DNA of 63,084 nt, filler included, from Octopus bimaculoides (GCF_001194135.2; 4 parts of 4 records of this genome joined end to end with filler, not necessarily neighbours in it); one strand, 5' to 3'; shown: positions 14,059-28,499, numbered from the whole stretch's first letter. Made by a program: numbers and translations. The notes: generated by a model not told the origin, from the sequence alone.

Positions 14059-15394
14059 CACATTACAGTTCAATGAGAAGGAATGTCCAATCAAGCTTTC
14101 GAATGGAAGTGTGCCAAATACAAGGAAACGTTTGCAAAATTGCAGGGCGAAGGGATGGTAGGCATGGTTATCCCTAGTCGAGTTCAGCTGTAGAGGATTC
14201 CCTGTCCAGTTGAAATGGAGAATGTTTACAATCATTGGATTGACAGGAAAGAGAGAGAAATAAAAGGGGAGGCAGCAAAAAGAAAAAAAAAGACGGCAAA
14301 AGAAAGCTTCTTATTGATTATAGAGTAAGAGAAGGAAATAGCTTAAGCCAGAACAACAGAGGAGAAAAATTGGTTGCTTGAGGAAAACTGAAGTCGATTC
14401 ACCAACTGGAGAGTGTTACAGTTCAGGATCGAAAACTCTGTGAGCATAAAACGCCATCTGATCACATTAACTTCTGCTGGACAATGCTACAATCGCCTTC
14501 GGTGAGTGGAGGGAAAGCATCTTCTCTAAGATGGAATCATTCTTTTATTATATGTATACGCATTCAAAGTTGATGCTGATGATACTTTTATCTGACCAGA
14601 AGAGAATAGAACAAGAAAATGAAGACGAGAGGCACGTCGAGTTATTCGATTTTTATTAGTCACCTTTGTAAAGGTGATAAGGCGTACGGCAACAAATGAT
14701 TTGCTGGCTGTTGAGCAGGTCGGATCATTATAGAAATGATAGGATTTTAGAGATTTAAATATAAAGAAGCTGGTGGTAAAGAAGTATTCGGTATAGAATT
14801 ATATTACTCTATAGTATAGTTAGTTGTATATATCAAATGATATATAGAAGTGTTAGTACGAGTAGATGATCGACAGTAGTTGACATTAATTAAGAATGAT
14901 TTATTCATATGTCCACATGGAAACAAAGCATTCGACCCTCTCGATTAAAATATTGCAGAGGGACTCAAAATGTATTTCACTGCCAAACAATAATAGTATT
15001 GACTTTTAAGAAGATGGTATCTGTTCAGGTAATCTGCCCAGTCCTACCATACAGATCAGAAACTTGTGGTTTGTGACGGTAACTAACTTACGTTGTGAAG
15101 GTCCAATGATCTCTCTGTCCGATGTTCGCATAAAAACTCTAAATACGCAAAAAAATACCCGCTATAGATACACCAAATTCATTGATTCATTGGATGATCA
15201 ATTCGTATCTGGTAGAGGAATAAAAAAAAATTGAAGGAAATTCCCTTTATACTAACCTCTTCTGTCAGCTTCTACGCAAACTCATCTTGCGTCTAGAAAG
15301 CAATTCCGATCACACAGAAATATTAACGGATGGAATCACTGTAGGAGAGTTTTCAGACCACTGAAGAATTTTGGCTGAGTGGCCTTTGCATTTA

Positions 15395-15746
15395 CAGGTC
15401 GTCATTGACTTACGACCTACCTGACTTACGACCGATCGACTTTACGACGATTGGCGAGCCAGCTGCCGGCAGCAATAATAAATAGTTCAGTTGAAATCTA
15501 ATGGCTTTAATATCCTAAAAATTAACCCGTCTACGAGTGATGTCAGCTAACAACAGCTAACAAACGCTTCCCCTATGTTTGGTTATTGATCGCCACTATG
15601 GTTATCCCAAGTGGTAGATGAATATCTTGTCGCAAAGACATTGAGGCAACCTCGTATTTATTTATAAGACGACTACTTGAGACTCGACGATTATTGACTA
15701 ACGCCAGTATAATCGTATAATACAAAATGCTGTGTGTGACGACCCG
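15395..15746. mobile_element. Possible Tigger/pogo-like non-autonomous DNA transposon
   Basis: TA|CAGGTCGTCATTGACTTACGACC resembles Tigger-type ends. The candidate right end TGACGACCCG|TA matches over only about 10 bp. Confidence 0.3.
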
Positions 15747-17039
15747 TACAGCTAAATATTTCTGGAGCCATCGATGTACCATCTGTATATAGAGACCTGA
15801 AGAGTTTGGAACATGGTCACAGCGTGATAACATTCAACGGTATGTGGTATAACTCTTTTAGTCACTCAAAAGAACTAGGACTGCATGCGCCGTAGAAACT
15901 AATGGTTTAGCGAACTGCCTGGTGAACTGAGATCATTCAGGAGGTAATCCAGCTTCCAGATAACTCCAGGCTAAAAAACACATACAATAATCTTCCACTT
16001 ATCTCACAGTTTGGATTTTTAGATTTACACGTCTCATGTCCTCAGGATCACATAAGACCACAAATTGATCCCGGAGCCTTGTAAAGTGTGTTCAATGAGA
16101 GATTTAACAATTGGTTTTCTGGAGCAGAAAAACGACTACTACACGTATGGAATTAATGGTCTTTTACGCACTTAACGCCCAGAAAAGCTAGAAGGAAAAG
16201 AAGTGACAGAGCAACAACAATAGCAGGCTATAGGGGTAGCGATTCCTTGGATGTCATGACCAGAGACAACTCCGGAAACAGCGAAAGAGATCGCATCCTC
16301 TTTCGTTCAAAGCATTAATCAGAAATTTGAAGCACTCCATTCTCAACAATGACTAACAGTATCATCTCGTCGTTTAATAACAATGAAGAGGAGACGGAAA
16401 CTGAAAGGAAGTAGTAAACAGAAAGAGAAATGAGCAGGAAAAGCAAAATAGAATACGGTTGAATATAAGGCAAACAAAAAGTGAGGAGAAACCGATCTTA
16501 CTCTATGTTACATTGGAATTTATTGTGTACTTCGCACAACACAAACATGATGGAAGATTGAAAGCCTATTTCGGGACTAGCTCAGTCTAGATAGGTGATA
16601 ATAAGAGTTCTCATTTATTGGTGCTCGCGAATGACAGGTATTTAGCAACTCATAAATCATAACACAGAACGTTAGCATTTTTGTTGTCGGCGCACAAATT
16701 TACGCGTGGGCAATTTTGGATCCGGTAAGTTGAAAACGAGATGTGACTAGACAAAAATGTGTCAGAAAGAAAGATTTTGAAATGTTGGGTTCCCTAATCT
16801 TACTCAGTTGGATAGTTTTTATACGTTTATGGATAGATTAAACAATTTTGTTTCACAATTTTGTATTTAATTATTGTACGTGTTTTATAATCCTATATGT
16901 ATTCTGCATTTTTAAGGTGTATCAAAGTTTTAGTATGTTCGTTGGGTAGCACTCACATTCATCATGAAATATTTCTTGCAATTCCACTGTAAAACAACAA
17001 TTTGTGTGTTTGATCATTTGTAGCTAATAAAGAAAGTAT

Positions 17040-18555
17040 TATTATTACTATTTTGGATGCTGTGTCCTATAGGATTTATGTTATTCCAGAATATTGACTT
17101 ATACATCGTTAATATACTTGGTAGTATATTCTGTTTGCAAAACGAAATACGGTGTTCCTACCAGAAATTAATATTAGATAATAGGAAGGCGGGTTTCTCT
17201 CGTTTGTGGAGACCTGATCAATGTGAATCAGTCGAAAGTTTTCAGCAGGGTCATATCAATGTGGAGGCATGATTTTTGTCTTAAGTCTTTCAATATAACG
17301 TCTGGCCTATTCGTATCTATCTTTCTGTCAGTTTGAATGGTGAAGTTCCAGGGTAGTGAGATGTGATAATTTTCAAGCATGGGAGGTGGTTTGTGTTCTC
17401 ACCAGTTTTTATCATGGGACAGGTTCAGGTTAGCACATTACCCAGTGAACATATTGTGCTGCTCTATCATGCCTGTTGAAATATTCTGTAGGCGCAAGAA
17501 GACTGCACATGGAGACAGCATGATCAATGGTTTCATTTTGTTTACATACACGACATGTTGGGCAGCTGCCGTTTTTTAATATGTTGGCCTGGTAGTTTCT
17601 TGTAGGTAGGCATTGATCTTGGACTGCTATGATAAACCCCTTTGTTTCTGATTTTAAGCCAGAAGCCACTAATCATTGATGGATAGGGGCTTTGTCAACA
17701 TCGGCACTATTAGCTCTCTTCGGGTATTTGCAATTGAGAGGTTTTTCTTGCCATTTATCAGTAAGAATATCTAATGCAGCAGTTTAGCACTGGTTTTCAT
17801 ACGCTTAGCCTTTTCTGTGCTTGTTTCTAATACGTCTAATTCTGTAATTTGTTGTATTTGGAATTCACTTAGATCTTCCTTTGCCAGTTTTGTTACTGAG
17901 TATGATGCTTTCTCGTTTTCGTGTTTTGAGACAAGTTTTAACATCCAGTCATCACAATTTTTACGTAGGTGTCAAGGCCAATTGTGGCAATCTTCCTTGT
18001 TAATTCCAGTTGTAAAAGTCCACGGCTTCCCTTTTTTCTTGGGAGATAAAGTCGCTCTATATCTGTATTAGGGTGGTGCATTCTATGCATTATCAACAAT
18101 TTTCGTATTTTTCTATCAAGATAACATAAATGACCAGTTAATGATATTGAAACTGTAAGTCGCAACTGGCATGGCTAAAGAATTGTTCGCTTCGATCCTG
18201 TTTCTTGCATTCAGCTCTGTCTTCAGTATTGCTCTTACCCTGTGATAACATTCTCTTCATATCCTTTCCTTCATCACTGAATGTTTGATTCCGTCTCCTT
18301 CAATTTCCCCTAGGTATTTGTAGCTCTCCGCTGGTTCTTATTCCTTTATCACAGCCTGCTGGTCAAGATTAACGTTGGATGTTTCTGTCATTTTCCCTCT
18401 GATAAAGGTAGCTTTTGCACATTTATTGAGGCCAGATTGCATCCTGATGTCACCACTGAATTATTTAACAATCGCTAGTAAGCCCTGTAGTTGTTGGTCA
18501 TTTTTTGCAAAGAGCTTTAAATCATCCATGTAAATGAGATGATTTATATTTTTTT
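17040..18555 (-). mobile_element. Second R4/Dong-like family, 5'-truncated at the RT catalytic motif
   Basis: INHLIYMDDLKLFAKNDQQLQGLL, IERLYLPRKKGSRGLLQLE, GLKSETKGFIIAVQDQCLPTRNY, CPTCRVCKQNETIDHAVSMC (CCHC-type finger) and RPDVILKD (RLE). A short TAA remnant lies near 17040. Confidence 0.88.
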
Positions 18556-21500
18556 ATCAAATAGCAGTGCTGTTTTCTCCAAGTGCTCCACCCTTATTGC
18601 AGCCCCTATTTGTTCCATGTACTTCTCAATGTTCCCATGGTTCCGACAATTATTGGTACTACTACCAACTTCTTCATCAACCACAAGTGATTAACCTCCC
18701 AAGCTGACCTATCATATCTATCGACTTTTCTTTTTTCCGTATCGCATACATTGTTGTGAGTTGGACATGTTATATCTATGATCCAGCATAGTTTGCTTTC
18801 TTTCTCAATTGGGACTATGTCTGACTTTCTATTCTCTATCTCATGGTCACACTGAATCGTAAAATCCCATAGGATCTTTGCTTTATCATTTTCGACGATG
18901 CCTTCGAGTTTATGGTCGTACCAATTTTTTGATCTATCAACTCCATACTTGTTGCGAAGTGTCCAATGGACAATCATTGCTATATTGTCGTGGCGTCTCT
19001 TATATTCCTTCTAGGCTAGTGGCGTGCATTAACTGGTAATATGCCATTCGGTTTCACCATTTTGTCCACAAACTCTGCACTTATCACTTTCTGATGTGTT
19101 ATCTATTCTGTATTTTATGTAATTTGTTCTTAGTGCTTTCTCTTGGGCAGCACAGATTAGAACCTCCGTTTCCGGTTTTAAATCTCTTTTCTTCATCCAC
19201 AGCCATCTTTTTTCTCTTTCAGTCTTATTTTCAACATTCATATGAAATTGTCCATGCATTCTTTTCTTTACCCACCTATTTTCAGTTTTATTCGTTTTCA
19301 GTTGCTTGTACAACGCTTTAACTTTGCAATCTTCCATCTTACACAATCCTGACCTTCTTACTTCTAATAATAGCGGTTTTGTGGCACTTTATACATACCA
19401 TGTTTTCTTCTGCTCTAATGCTGTGTTCGCATCCAAAAAGTCCTCTTCTCCCTCTTTTTCTTGGGTAATACATTTTGGGGGTAGAGTGTCCCATATCTAG
19501 TTAGCAACTTACTTGTCTTTCTGTCTAAGCTGTCTAGTTCATCTCCTGTCCATACGAGTACCCCTGCTCCATATCTAAGGAGTGAAACCGCCCTGGTGTT
19601 GATAGCTTCGATCTTATTCCGTCCATTTAATTTCGACATAAGGATCAGTCTCAGTCTGCGCAAGTACTCCACCTTAAATTTTTCTGTCATTTCTTTCTCC
19701 ACCAATTTATCCATTTCCAAAGTCCCCAAGTACTTATAGCCCGTGTCTTCTATCTGCTTCATAACCTCTCCCGACGGTATCGTTAGCGCGTCCATACATT
19801 TGATTTTGCCTCTCTTCAAGTCTAACACACCACACTTTCTCAGTCCGAACTCCATTCTGATGTCAGCATTGAAAGTATACGACGTATCAACGAGGTCATC
19901 AATGAGGTCATCCATAAATAACAAATGTCTGAATTTTTTTGGCGGCTTTTGAATACATACCCAGCTTTTGCTTTCCTCAGAATTAGTGTTAGTGGTATGA
20001 AGCATAGTACAAAAATCAGTGGGGACAGGTAGTCTCCTTGGAAGATGTCCCTCCTAATTTCTACTGTCCCTAAACGTCTTCTGTATGCTGTCAGGTCCAT
20101 CCTCCAATTCGCCATACTTTTTCCAAACAATCGCTCAATATTCGATGCAATACCAAATAGGTTCTAGAATCTAAGAATGTGATACCATATTATACGATAG
20201 TCGATCTATGACATGGCTAAGTTACTTTTCCCCCTCTTGCAGTCTCTAAGTACAGTTTTGTCTACCAGGAGTTGATCCTTGGCAGCTCTGCACTTACGTT
20301 TGCAACCCTTCTGCTCATGTGGCCGTACTGATGTTTGTACATTGACTCTGCGTATATTCCATTCAATAATTTCGATTTAAGTGGCAAACAGGATATCAGC
20401 CTGTAATTATCTACTGTATTGCTTTTCCGATGTTTTTCAAACACAGCAATGTCAAACATTCTGATGTTATTTGGTCGGCATTTAACAAGGTGTTGAGTTG
20501 CACAGGTATTCGTGCATGACATTCAACAGATCTTTTCATCTAGTAGCCTTGAATTCCATCTGGTCCGGGGGCCTTCCAGTTGCTCATTTTTTTTTTTTTT
20601 TTTTGCTGATTTCCTTCACTTCCCTAACTGAAATGACTAGTTCTGCTTGTTTTGGACAGACTACTGTTTGTTTCAGTTCTTGCAACCATTCAGCATCCTT
20701 CTTGTGCTCTTTGTCTTTGCTCCACATGTCACTCCAGAACCTTTGACTTTCATTGTTATCTGGTATCAACTTTTGATCTGTACACTCTGCATTTATTTCT
20801 TTATAGAATCTCTTCTAATCTACTCTGAATTATTCATTCTGCTGGTAACCCTTTATTCTTTGGTCGTATCTTACCATCTTTGCTTTCTTTGCAACGAGGC
20901 GCTGTTTCAGTTCCTCCATTATCACTTTCAGGCCCTTTCTTTCAATATTATAATTCCTTTTCAATGCCCTGTTTTTTGTTCGCTTTTAAGCTCCTCTTTC
21001 TCTTTTCGGTCTAACACAGAAATATCCTTCGAGAGCATGTCTAACCCTGCCTGTATTCTTCTTTTCCACCATGGATGTTTTCTTTTGTCACTCTCATTAT
21101 ATTTCTTTTTCTTGACATCAACACCCATGTTTTCTGCTACAATATTTCTGCCTTGATGAAATTATTTGTTTCTGTGGTGTTGTTTGTTCTGATGTATTTG
21201 AGAATGTCCTTGACATTTTTCGTTTCCTGGTTCAATTTCCATCTATCAACCTTTTTTAGGTTGGAAATAATGTCGCTATCGTTCTCCTGTAGTCTTACCT
21301 TCATTCTACCGTAGATTGCCTTTTGTTCATCTATCATGTGGCCATTAGTTTTATTGTCTTCTTTCAGATCATCTATATGTCTATCATCAAGTAAACTACC
21401 ACTGCTCCTTTCCTGTGCTACGAGATTACTTTTATTAGTAAGAACTGTATTTCCATCGTTATCTCTGCTGCTATTTTCCAATACCTATCTTTTGATAGCT

Positions 21501-21890
21501 TTGAGCTCTACTTCTGTGAACCAATGATTTTTTCTTATTGCTCTAGCGTGATCACATATTCTCTATTCCGTGATTTGAAACAATCTCTTTTCTCTCCAAT
21601 GATCATACATGCGTTGTCGGTAGCCCCTAATTTGCGCTCCATTTTCATCTAAAGGGTTGCTCAGGTAGTAACACTCCATGGCCACAGCGTTAATTTGCTT
21701 GCTCCATCTACGCCGTGTGTGGTGGTCCCTTTTTGGATATCAACAGGCTTCAGTTTCATTACCATCGTTATTCACAATATTTTGTTTTTTCATTATCACT
21801 CATATGAGGTAGCGATTATAAGGTTGCGCAATTACCAGCGTTTTTATTGTGACACCATCACTAGATGTATCATTAATCAGGACACGGGGA
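18556..21890 (-). mobile_element. Near-full-length, decayed R4/Dong-like non-LTR retrotransposon (single-ORF layout: N-terminal Myb-like region, RT, CCHC finger, RLE)
   Basis: In order: RWSKQINAVAMECYYLS..GYRQRMYDHW; SQRFWSDMWSK; RRDIFQGDYLSPLIFVLC; HLLFMDDL; GYKYLG; DLKPETEVLICAAQEKALRTN; DKCRVCGQNGETEWHITS; ILWDFTIQCDHEIENRKSDIV..IIDITCP; VVPIIVGTMG. Many stops and frameshifts; the 5' end abuts a (TAA)n array. Confidence 0.93.
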
Positions 21891-21891
21891 G

Positions 21892-21969
<78 letters not shown>

Positions 21970-22037
21970 GCTGCTGCTGCTGCTGCTGCTGTTCTTGTTG
22001 TTATTATTATTATTATTGTGGCCAATAAAACGAATTA

Positions 22038-22126
<89 letters not shown>
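21891..22126. repeat. Compound (TTA)/(TTG)/(CTG) microsatellite plus a second (TTA)n array
   Basis: Directly visible. Confidence 0.95.
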
Positions 22127-22340
22127 GGCGGAGTGCTGGTAGAATCCTTAGCACACCAGACGAAATGCATAGCGGTATTTGTCTGCCGCTACGTTCTGAG
22201 TTCAAATTCTGCCTATGTCGACTATGAGTTCCATATTTTCAAGGTCGATGAATCAAGTATCAGCTAAGTACTGGGCTCAATGTATTCGACTTTCCCCTTC
22301 ACCCAAATTTCAAGTTTTGTGCCTATACTAGAAGGGATTA
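22127..22340 (+). mobile_element. tRNA-derived SINE family B (Deu/Nin-like central domain), diverged
   Basis: GGCGGAGTGCTGGTAGAATC..GAGTTCAAATTC (B box)..GTCGAC..AAGTACTGGG; homologous to 44581-44775 and 61972-62186. Confidence 0.8.
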
Positions 22341-23387
22341 TTTTAATTGTTGTTGTGGCTGTTATTATTATTGATATAATTCATAATCTGATCCTTCTAG
22401 GCGCTAGGAGGAGATTATCTTATAATTAAAAGTATATAGGTTCTATTTTGTTTATTTTTTATTTTTTCCTTTTTGCTCCATTATCAAGTTGCAAGTTTTC
22501 ATCACATTACTAAATGCTGGACTGCTATGTTCTTAATGAACTTCTCATTCCAATATTTGAATCATCTTACATATCATTTTACTCGAAGAATATAGTATTT
22601 CGAAGGATCGGTTTTATATGGAAGGTTGATATTACTTTTTTAATTTCTTACTTTTTTATTATTACTATTATTATTTTTGCTCGAAATGAAAATAACTTCC
22701 TGAATGTATTCCATAATTATTCGGAAATATATTCTGTTCAATCTGATCCATTTTCCGAAAATAATTTATTTATTCGATAGAATAGTATCAATAACCAATA
22801 TTTCTTGATCTTTATTTATTTTTTATTAATAAGAGCAACGAAAAATTTTATGTTATCTACATGAAACATTATATCAGCGAAAACACATTAAATAGTTCCA
22901 GTTGACTGTTATGTTCTGGGAGCCATTGATCTCAACGTTAAATGTGATGGTAACGGAAGAGACAACTGGTAATTTCTGAAAATTTTTGTTCCATACTAAA
23001 TAAGTTGGAATGGATTTTGCTAACGTTATTTTATAAACACAGCTGTGCTTTTAGATGTTAAAGTCGAAGGAGCGTATAATACTGGCAAGTAAGATCAGTT
23101 TGAGTGTGCTCAACAGACCAGCGCAAAAAATGATTACCTACACATTACTGCTTACTATATTGCAGGCAAAGGACTGTTTATGTTTATTGTGACTCAAAAC
23201 AATGAAGTGTATACACATTTACGCACTCATGGAATTGTTCACGCAGTATAAATAAACAGATTTTATATAACTATCACAGCCTCACATACTCTGTCTCTTG
23301 CTTTCAATCTGTCTGTCTGTCTCTCTTTCTCTCTCTTTATAAATATATATATATATATATATATATAGATAGATAGATAAATAGATA

Positions 23388-23435
<48 letters not shown>

Positions 23436-24462
23436 TATATACATAGACATAAATATATAGATATGTGTGTGTAAATATGTTTGTATACATACACACACAC
23501 TCACAAACATATTTACATTTATATTTTTATGTGTGTATGTATGTGCGTGGGTGTTTACATAGTTATATATATACATGCAAATAAGTTTATTAATATATAT
23601 GTGTATATGCGTATTCGAAAGCAAATCCTGTACTTTTCCTGGATACTTTGGCCCGCTTCGGAGCAGTGCCTACTCTGAGTTCCACCGCCACTGGAACGAA
23701 ATCTATCTCTCCGTGGCTCTCTTCGAAGGAGTCGATGGACTATGAGAACTTTCTGAACAAGGGACCAGGAAAATATGCTTGCTCTATGGGGTACATTCGT
23801 CTTCAGCTGTCTGGACTACTGCTCACAACTATAATTGCCCTATAATGTGAATTTAATAGCGAAGCATTTCAGTGGTGCTGCCCAAAGTAGATTGTGTCAA
23901 TGAAAACATTTGAGCTACTGGAGAGACTGAGAGAAATAAGGCTCAATGCTCTGAAGCGAGCACCTTAAAGATATGTAGCGAAATCCCTTTGGAAGATGTT
24001 TGAGGAACTGGCAAAAGACCTTAGCACTGTCAATTATACCACTCCCCGAGTAAGATTGTTCCAAAGATTTCACCCACCCCATCTAGAATACAGCAATAGC
24101 GTGAGATTCAAAGGCCTACATCAATTTAATATCTTGCTCCCCCAAAATCAAAGAGAGCCCCATGGAGTGAGGATAAATTGTATTCAAGAAGCACGTTGGC
24201 CGTCTGTTGTCCAAGGCGACAGACAAACCTACATCATTGCAAAAGACTCAACCGAGGGCATGAGTATCAAACTCTCTCATTCAATACAATCCAACTGATT
24301 GAAAATAGCAATTGAAAAGGTGATTATACTGACGGTGCACCAGCATGGCCACGGGTTGTGGCTGAAACTCATAAAACAATAAAAATTGAAGGCACGCACA
24401 CACACACACATACACACACACTTACACATACACACACATACACACACACACACACACACACG

Positions 24463-24514
<52 letters not shown>

Positions 24515-24922
24515 NNNNNNNNNNNNNNNNNNNNNNNNNNNNNNNNNNNNNNNNNNNNNNNNNNNNNNNNNNNNNNNNNNNNNNNNNNNNNNNNNNNNNN
24601 NNNNNNNNNNNNNNNNNNNNNNNNNNNNNNNNNNNNNNNNNNNNNNNNNNNNNNNNNNNNNNNNNNNNNNNNNNNNNNNNNNNNNNNNNNNNNNNNNNNN
24701 NNNNNNNNNNNNNNNNNNNNNNNNNNNNNNNNNNNNNNNNNNNNNNNNNNNNNNNNNNNNNNNNNNNNNNNNNNNNNNNNNNNNNNNNNNNNNNNNNNNN
24801 NNNNNNNNNNNNNNNNNNNNNNNNNNNNNNNNNNNNNNNNNNNNNNNNNNNNNNNNNNNNNNNNNNNNNNNNNNNNNNNNNNNNNNNNNNNNNNNNNNNN
24901 NNNNNNNNNNNNNNNNNNNNNN

Positions 24923-24969
<47 letters not shown>

Positions 24970-25029
24970 ATATATACACATGTATGTACATGTATATGTA
25001 TATATGTATATGTATTTAAGTTGTTTGTT

Positions 25030-25311
25030 GTTGTTTGTTCCTTCTCGAACAACGCCTGGCTCGTAAGGGCCAGCTTTCCGGCTTCATTAGCATATAGGTT
25101 CCCGACCTGGACGGGACAACAGTCCGTCGCAGGTGAACTGCTAGATGCAGGAGGAAAGAGTAAGAGAGGGTTGTGGCGCAAGTGTCAGGAGAAGTTCGCC
25201 ATGACCTTCTGCCGGAGCCACGTGGAGCTTCAATATTTCGCTCATTAACACACACATCGCCCGGTCTGAGATTCGAACCCGCGAGTCCACTGCTCTAACC
25301 ACTGGGCCATG
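25030..25311 (-). mobile_element. SINE with family E head and a V-domain-like tail
   Basis: Head TGGCCCAGTGGTTAGAGCAGTGGACTCGCGGGTTCGAATCTC (A and B boxes); tail CCTGCGACGGACTGTTGTCCCGTCCAGG. Confidence 0.75.
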
Positions 25312-25624
25312 TATGTATATATGATAATAATAACAATAATAATAATATTTCGTATGTGTATTTCGTGTGCAAGATTCTTGATGTGGATACGTGTGTTGAA
25401 AGAAATACAATTAAACCTTGGGAGAGGCATTATGCCCTTAATAAACACACGCACTGGTTCAGTCCTTTATTAATTTATATAGTTTTTTGTTAAATTATTT
25501 CATTGCACTCATGCAATCTCTTCAGTAACTTGTCTCTCCACTTCCATTTATTTTGAATATATGATCTGGCGTTGTTTTGGCGTTGTTTCGAAACTGTTTG
25601 GTATGAGCATGTGAGTGTGTGCAA

Positions 25625-25724
25625 NNNNNNNNNNNNNNNNNNNNNNNNNNNNNNNNNNNNNNNNNNNNTTAATTAATTAANNNNNNNNNNNNNNNNNNNN
25701 NNNNNNNNNNNNNNNNNNNNNNNN
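25625..25724. other. Artificial 100-bp scaffold spacer N44-TTAATTAATTAA-N44
   Basis: Identical construct at 48636-48735 and 54136-54235; the palindromic 12-mer puts a stop in all six frames. Confidence 0.95.
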
Positions 25725-26007
25725 ATTAAGTGTTTTCGCCTCTGGCATTAGGAGCGGGAAGTCGGCCTCGTTGAAAACCTTAGCCATATTCGTTTTAAAG
25801 AATATGGCTAGGAACGAGGAAGATATGTTTGAATTTTTGGAAATAAGGCTCTAAATAGAGCTATTTCCGATTTGAAAAATATATGTTCACGAAGTATTTT
25901 GTGTTATACACAACTTATACAAAATTTTTTTAAAAAATAGGTCTTTTAAGAGGTGAAAAATGCAACTTACATGGGAGCCGATGTGTCTACCGTCCGTCCA
26001 GATAGAT

Positions 26008-26089
<82 letters not shown>

Positions 26090-26354
26090 GTAGATAGATA
26101 GATAAATAGATAGATATTTAGTCTTTGCGAGCGTGGGTATAATTATTCGAGATTTTGCACGTGTGTGCGTGCTCGTGTGTATGTTAGTCTATGTATGCGT
26201 TTGTGACTGCATTTATTTGTGTGCGTTTGTATGTGTGAGTGATTCTCAATGTGTATGTATGAATACATAGACCTGAAACTAAACTCGAAGCCTAAACAAT
26301 ACAGAGTTGTCTGTTACTTGATACTCTTTGCTTGTGATAATTATTTGTTACCAT

Positions 26355-26400
<46 letters not shown>

Positions 26401-26455
26401 ACTATCTCTCTGCCACACTCTCTCTCTATCTCTTTCTCTCTATCTCTATCTCTCT

Positions 26456-26491
<36 letters not shown>

Positions 26492-27205
26492 TTATCTATC
26501 TATTTATCTATTTCTCTATGTCGCCTCATGCACTAGCTGCACTCCCTATCAATCTCAGCTAGTCCGATCATCTTCGTTGTTATCGACATCGCCTTGGCAA
26601 ACAATCTCCACAGAACTGCGGTCATTAATATGTCTTGCCATGAGATTTCCGAGCAATAAAATGCAAGAAAGCTTTGTATATGTTTGAAATTATTAATACC
26701 CAGCAGTAAAACGCATTCATTCATCATACTTTCGTCTTTAAATAAACAATTTACTGGGAAAGAAAAACAAGAAACGGATTCATGGCGGTAGCATAAACAG
26801 TTAGAAACACTACCAATTGTGGCTGAGTGAATTTTAGTAATTATAAGAATCTCAGTTTATAGATTCTGTGATTACATTTGACAATTTTTTATATTTTATT
26901 TTTCAGCCTGTAAAGCGAATAGGAAGATCATCATTCCGGAAGAAAACTAATTTGAAATGGCCACACACGGGCTAATCCGGGAAATTTGAAGCGACTCATC
27001 TTTTCGTAATGAAGAAGGAACATGAAAATGCCAATCTGATATTTTATATTCTTTGCGTAGACAGAAGATTTGATTAGATGTGTGTATATAACTTCGCACA
27101 GATATACATACATACAGATATATGTGTGAGCATGTGTACAAACATATACATATATAAATATATGAATACATCTAAAATAAATTTAATATATATACATATA
27201 TATAC

Positions 27206-27284
<79 letters not shown>

Positions 27285-28499
27285 CATACGTACGTACAAA
27301 TATATGTGTGTGTGTGTGTAAAGCTGTATGTTTGAGTGTAGAATACGAGTTAATACGTGGGAGGACAGAGTATAAGTAGGTGTGGTTTAGGGTGTAGGTA
27401 CGTATGTATATGTGTGTGTGTGTATGTGTAAATGTGTTTATACGTCCTACGTCATGAAGTGTATTTAAGAGGGTGTGAGTGCATGTGAGAATGGAAACGA
27501 AGGAGAGAGGTGGGCAGGTAAGGAGAGTAAGCGAGCATTTTTATAATGAATGTGTGGGTGAGAGAGTATCTGCTTACGAGTAAGGTAGGTGAGATAGTGA
27601 GAGAGTATTGGAGTAAGTATGTGTGTGAAAAGGAGATACAGGCCTCGTGCATGTGCAGAGTATATGTATAGGAGTATATAAGTTAAAGAGTATATTCGTG
27701 TGTGAGAGGGAGGAGGAATTATGTGTGAAAGTGAAAGTAAAAGTAGCTGTGTGTTTTAAAGAGAGATATGAGTGTGCAAGAAAGAATGTAGGAGTGTGTA
27801 CGAGTGAAAGAAGGTGTTAATGTACAACGGAGAAATAAAGTGTATATAATAGAGGGTGCATGTGTGTGCGTGTGATAGAAGGAGTATAATTGTATGTGAT
27901 TATATGTGACTGTGTGTGTTTTGTATTATATATGTATAAATGGTTTAATCTCTTTCTGTATGAGTGTATTTACGTTAGCATATCCCAGTGTGTATCTCTA
28001 TGTTTCCCATGTTTGTCTGCGCTTGTATATGTCTGAATGGATTACCTTACCTGCGCATATGTTGAATATGTGTATGTGTGTCAGTATGTATTGCTTGCGT
28101 GTGTCTGTTGTGTGTGTGTGTGTATGTCAGTGTGTGTGTGTGTATGCCAATGTGTGTATGTGTCAGTGTCTCTGCATGGATGTCGATCTCTGAGAATTTG
28201 ATTGCCATACTATTTGAGTCTCTGATTGCATGGGCGTTTGCGTACATGTCAGTGTGTCTGCCTTCTTGTGTGAGTTCCTGTTTAACTGTTTAACTGGCCG
28301 ACTGTCTAATTGCTTGAGTTATTTTCTGACTGCTTCACAGTGTGACAGGCTACCTTCCCGAGTAATCACGTGACAGCTTGATTATCTGACCCTCTAACTG
28401 CTTAGTATTCTCGCGATTGTTTAATTGTATAACTCTCTAACTGTCTGAGTGTTCACGTGACTGTTTCACTACATTACTGACTTTCTGTTGACTTTTGTT

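Noticed and set aside
25781-25810. Perfect 11-bp hairpin TAGCCATATTC/GAATATGGCTA as a terminator or element end
   Set aside because: Isolated and AT-rich, with no supporting context.
26907-26975. Coding exon after the strong acceptor TTTTATTTTTCAG
   Set aside because: All three frames close within about 23 codons; no donor or recognisable peptide.
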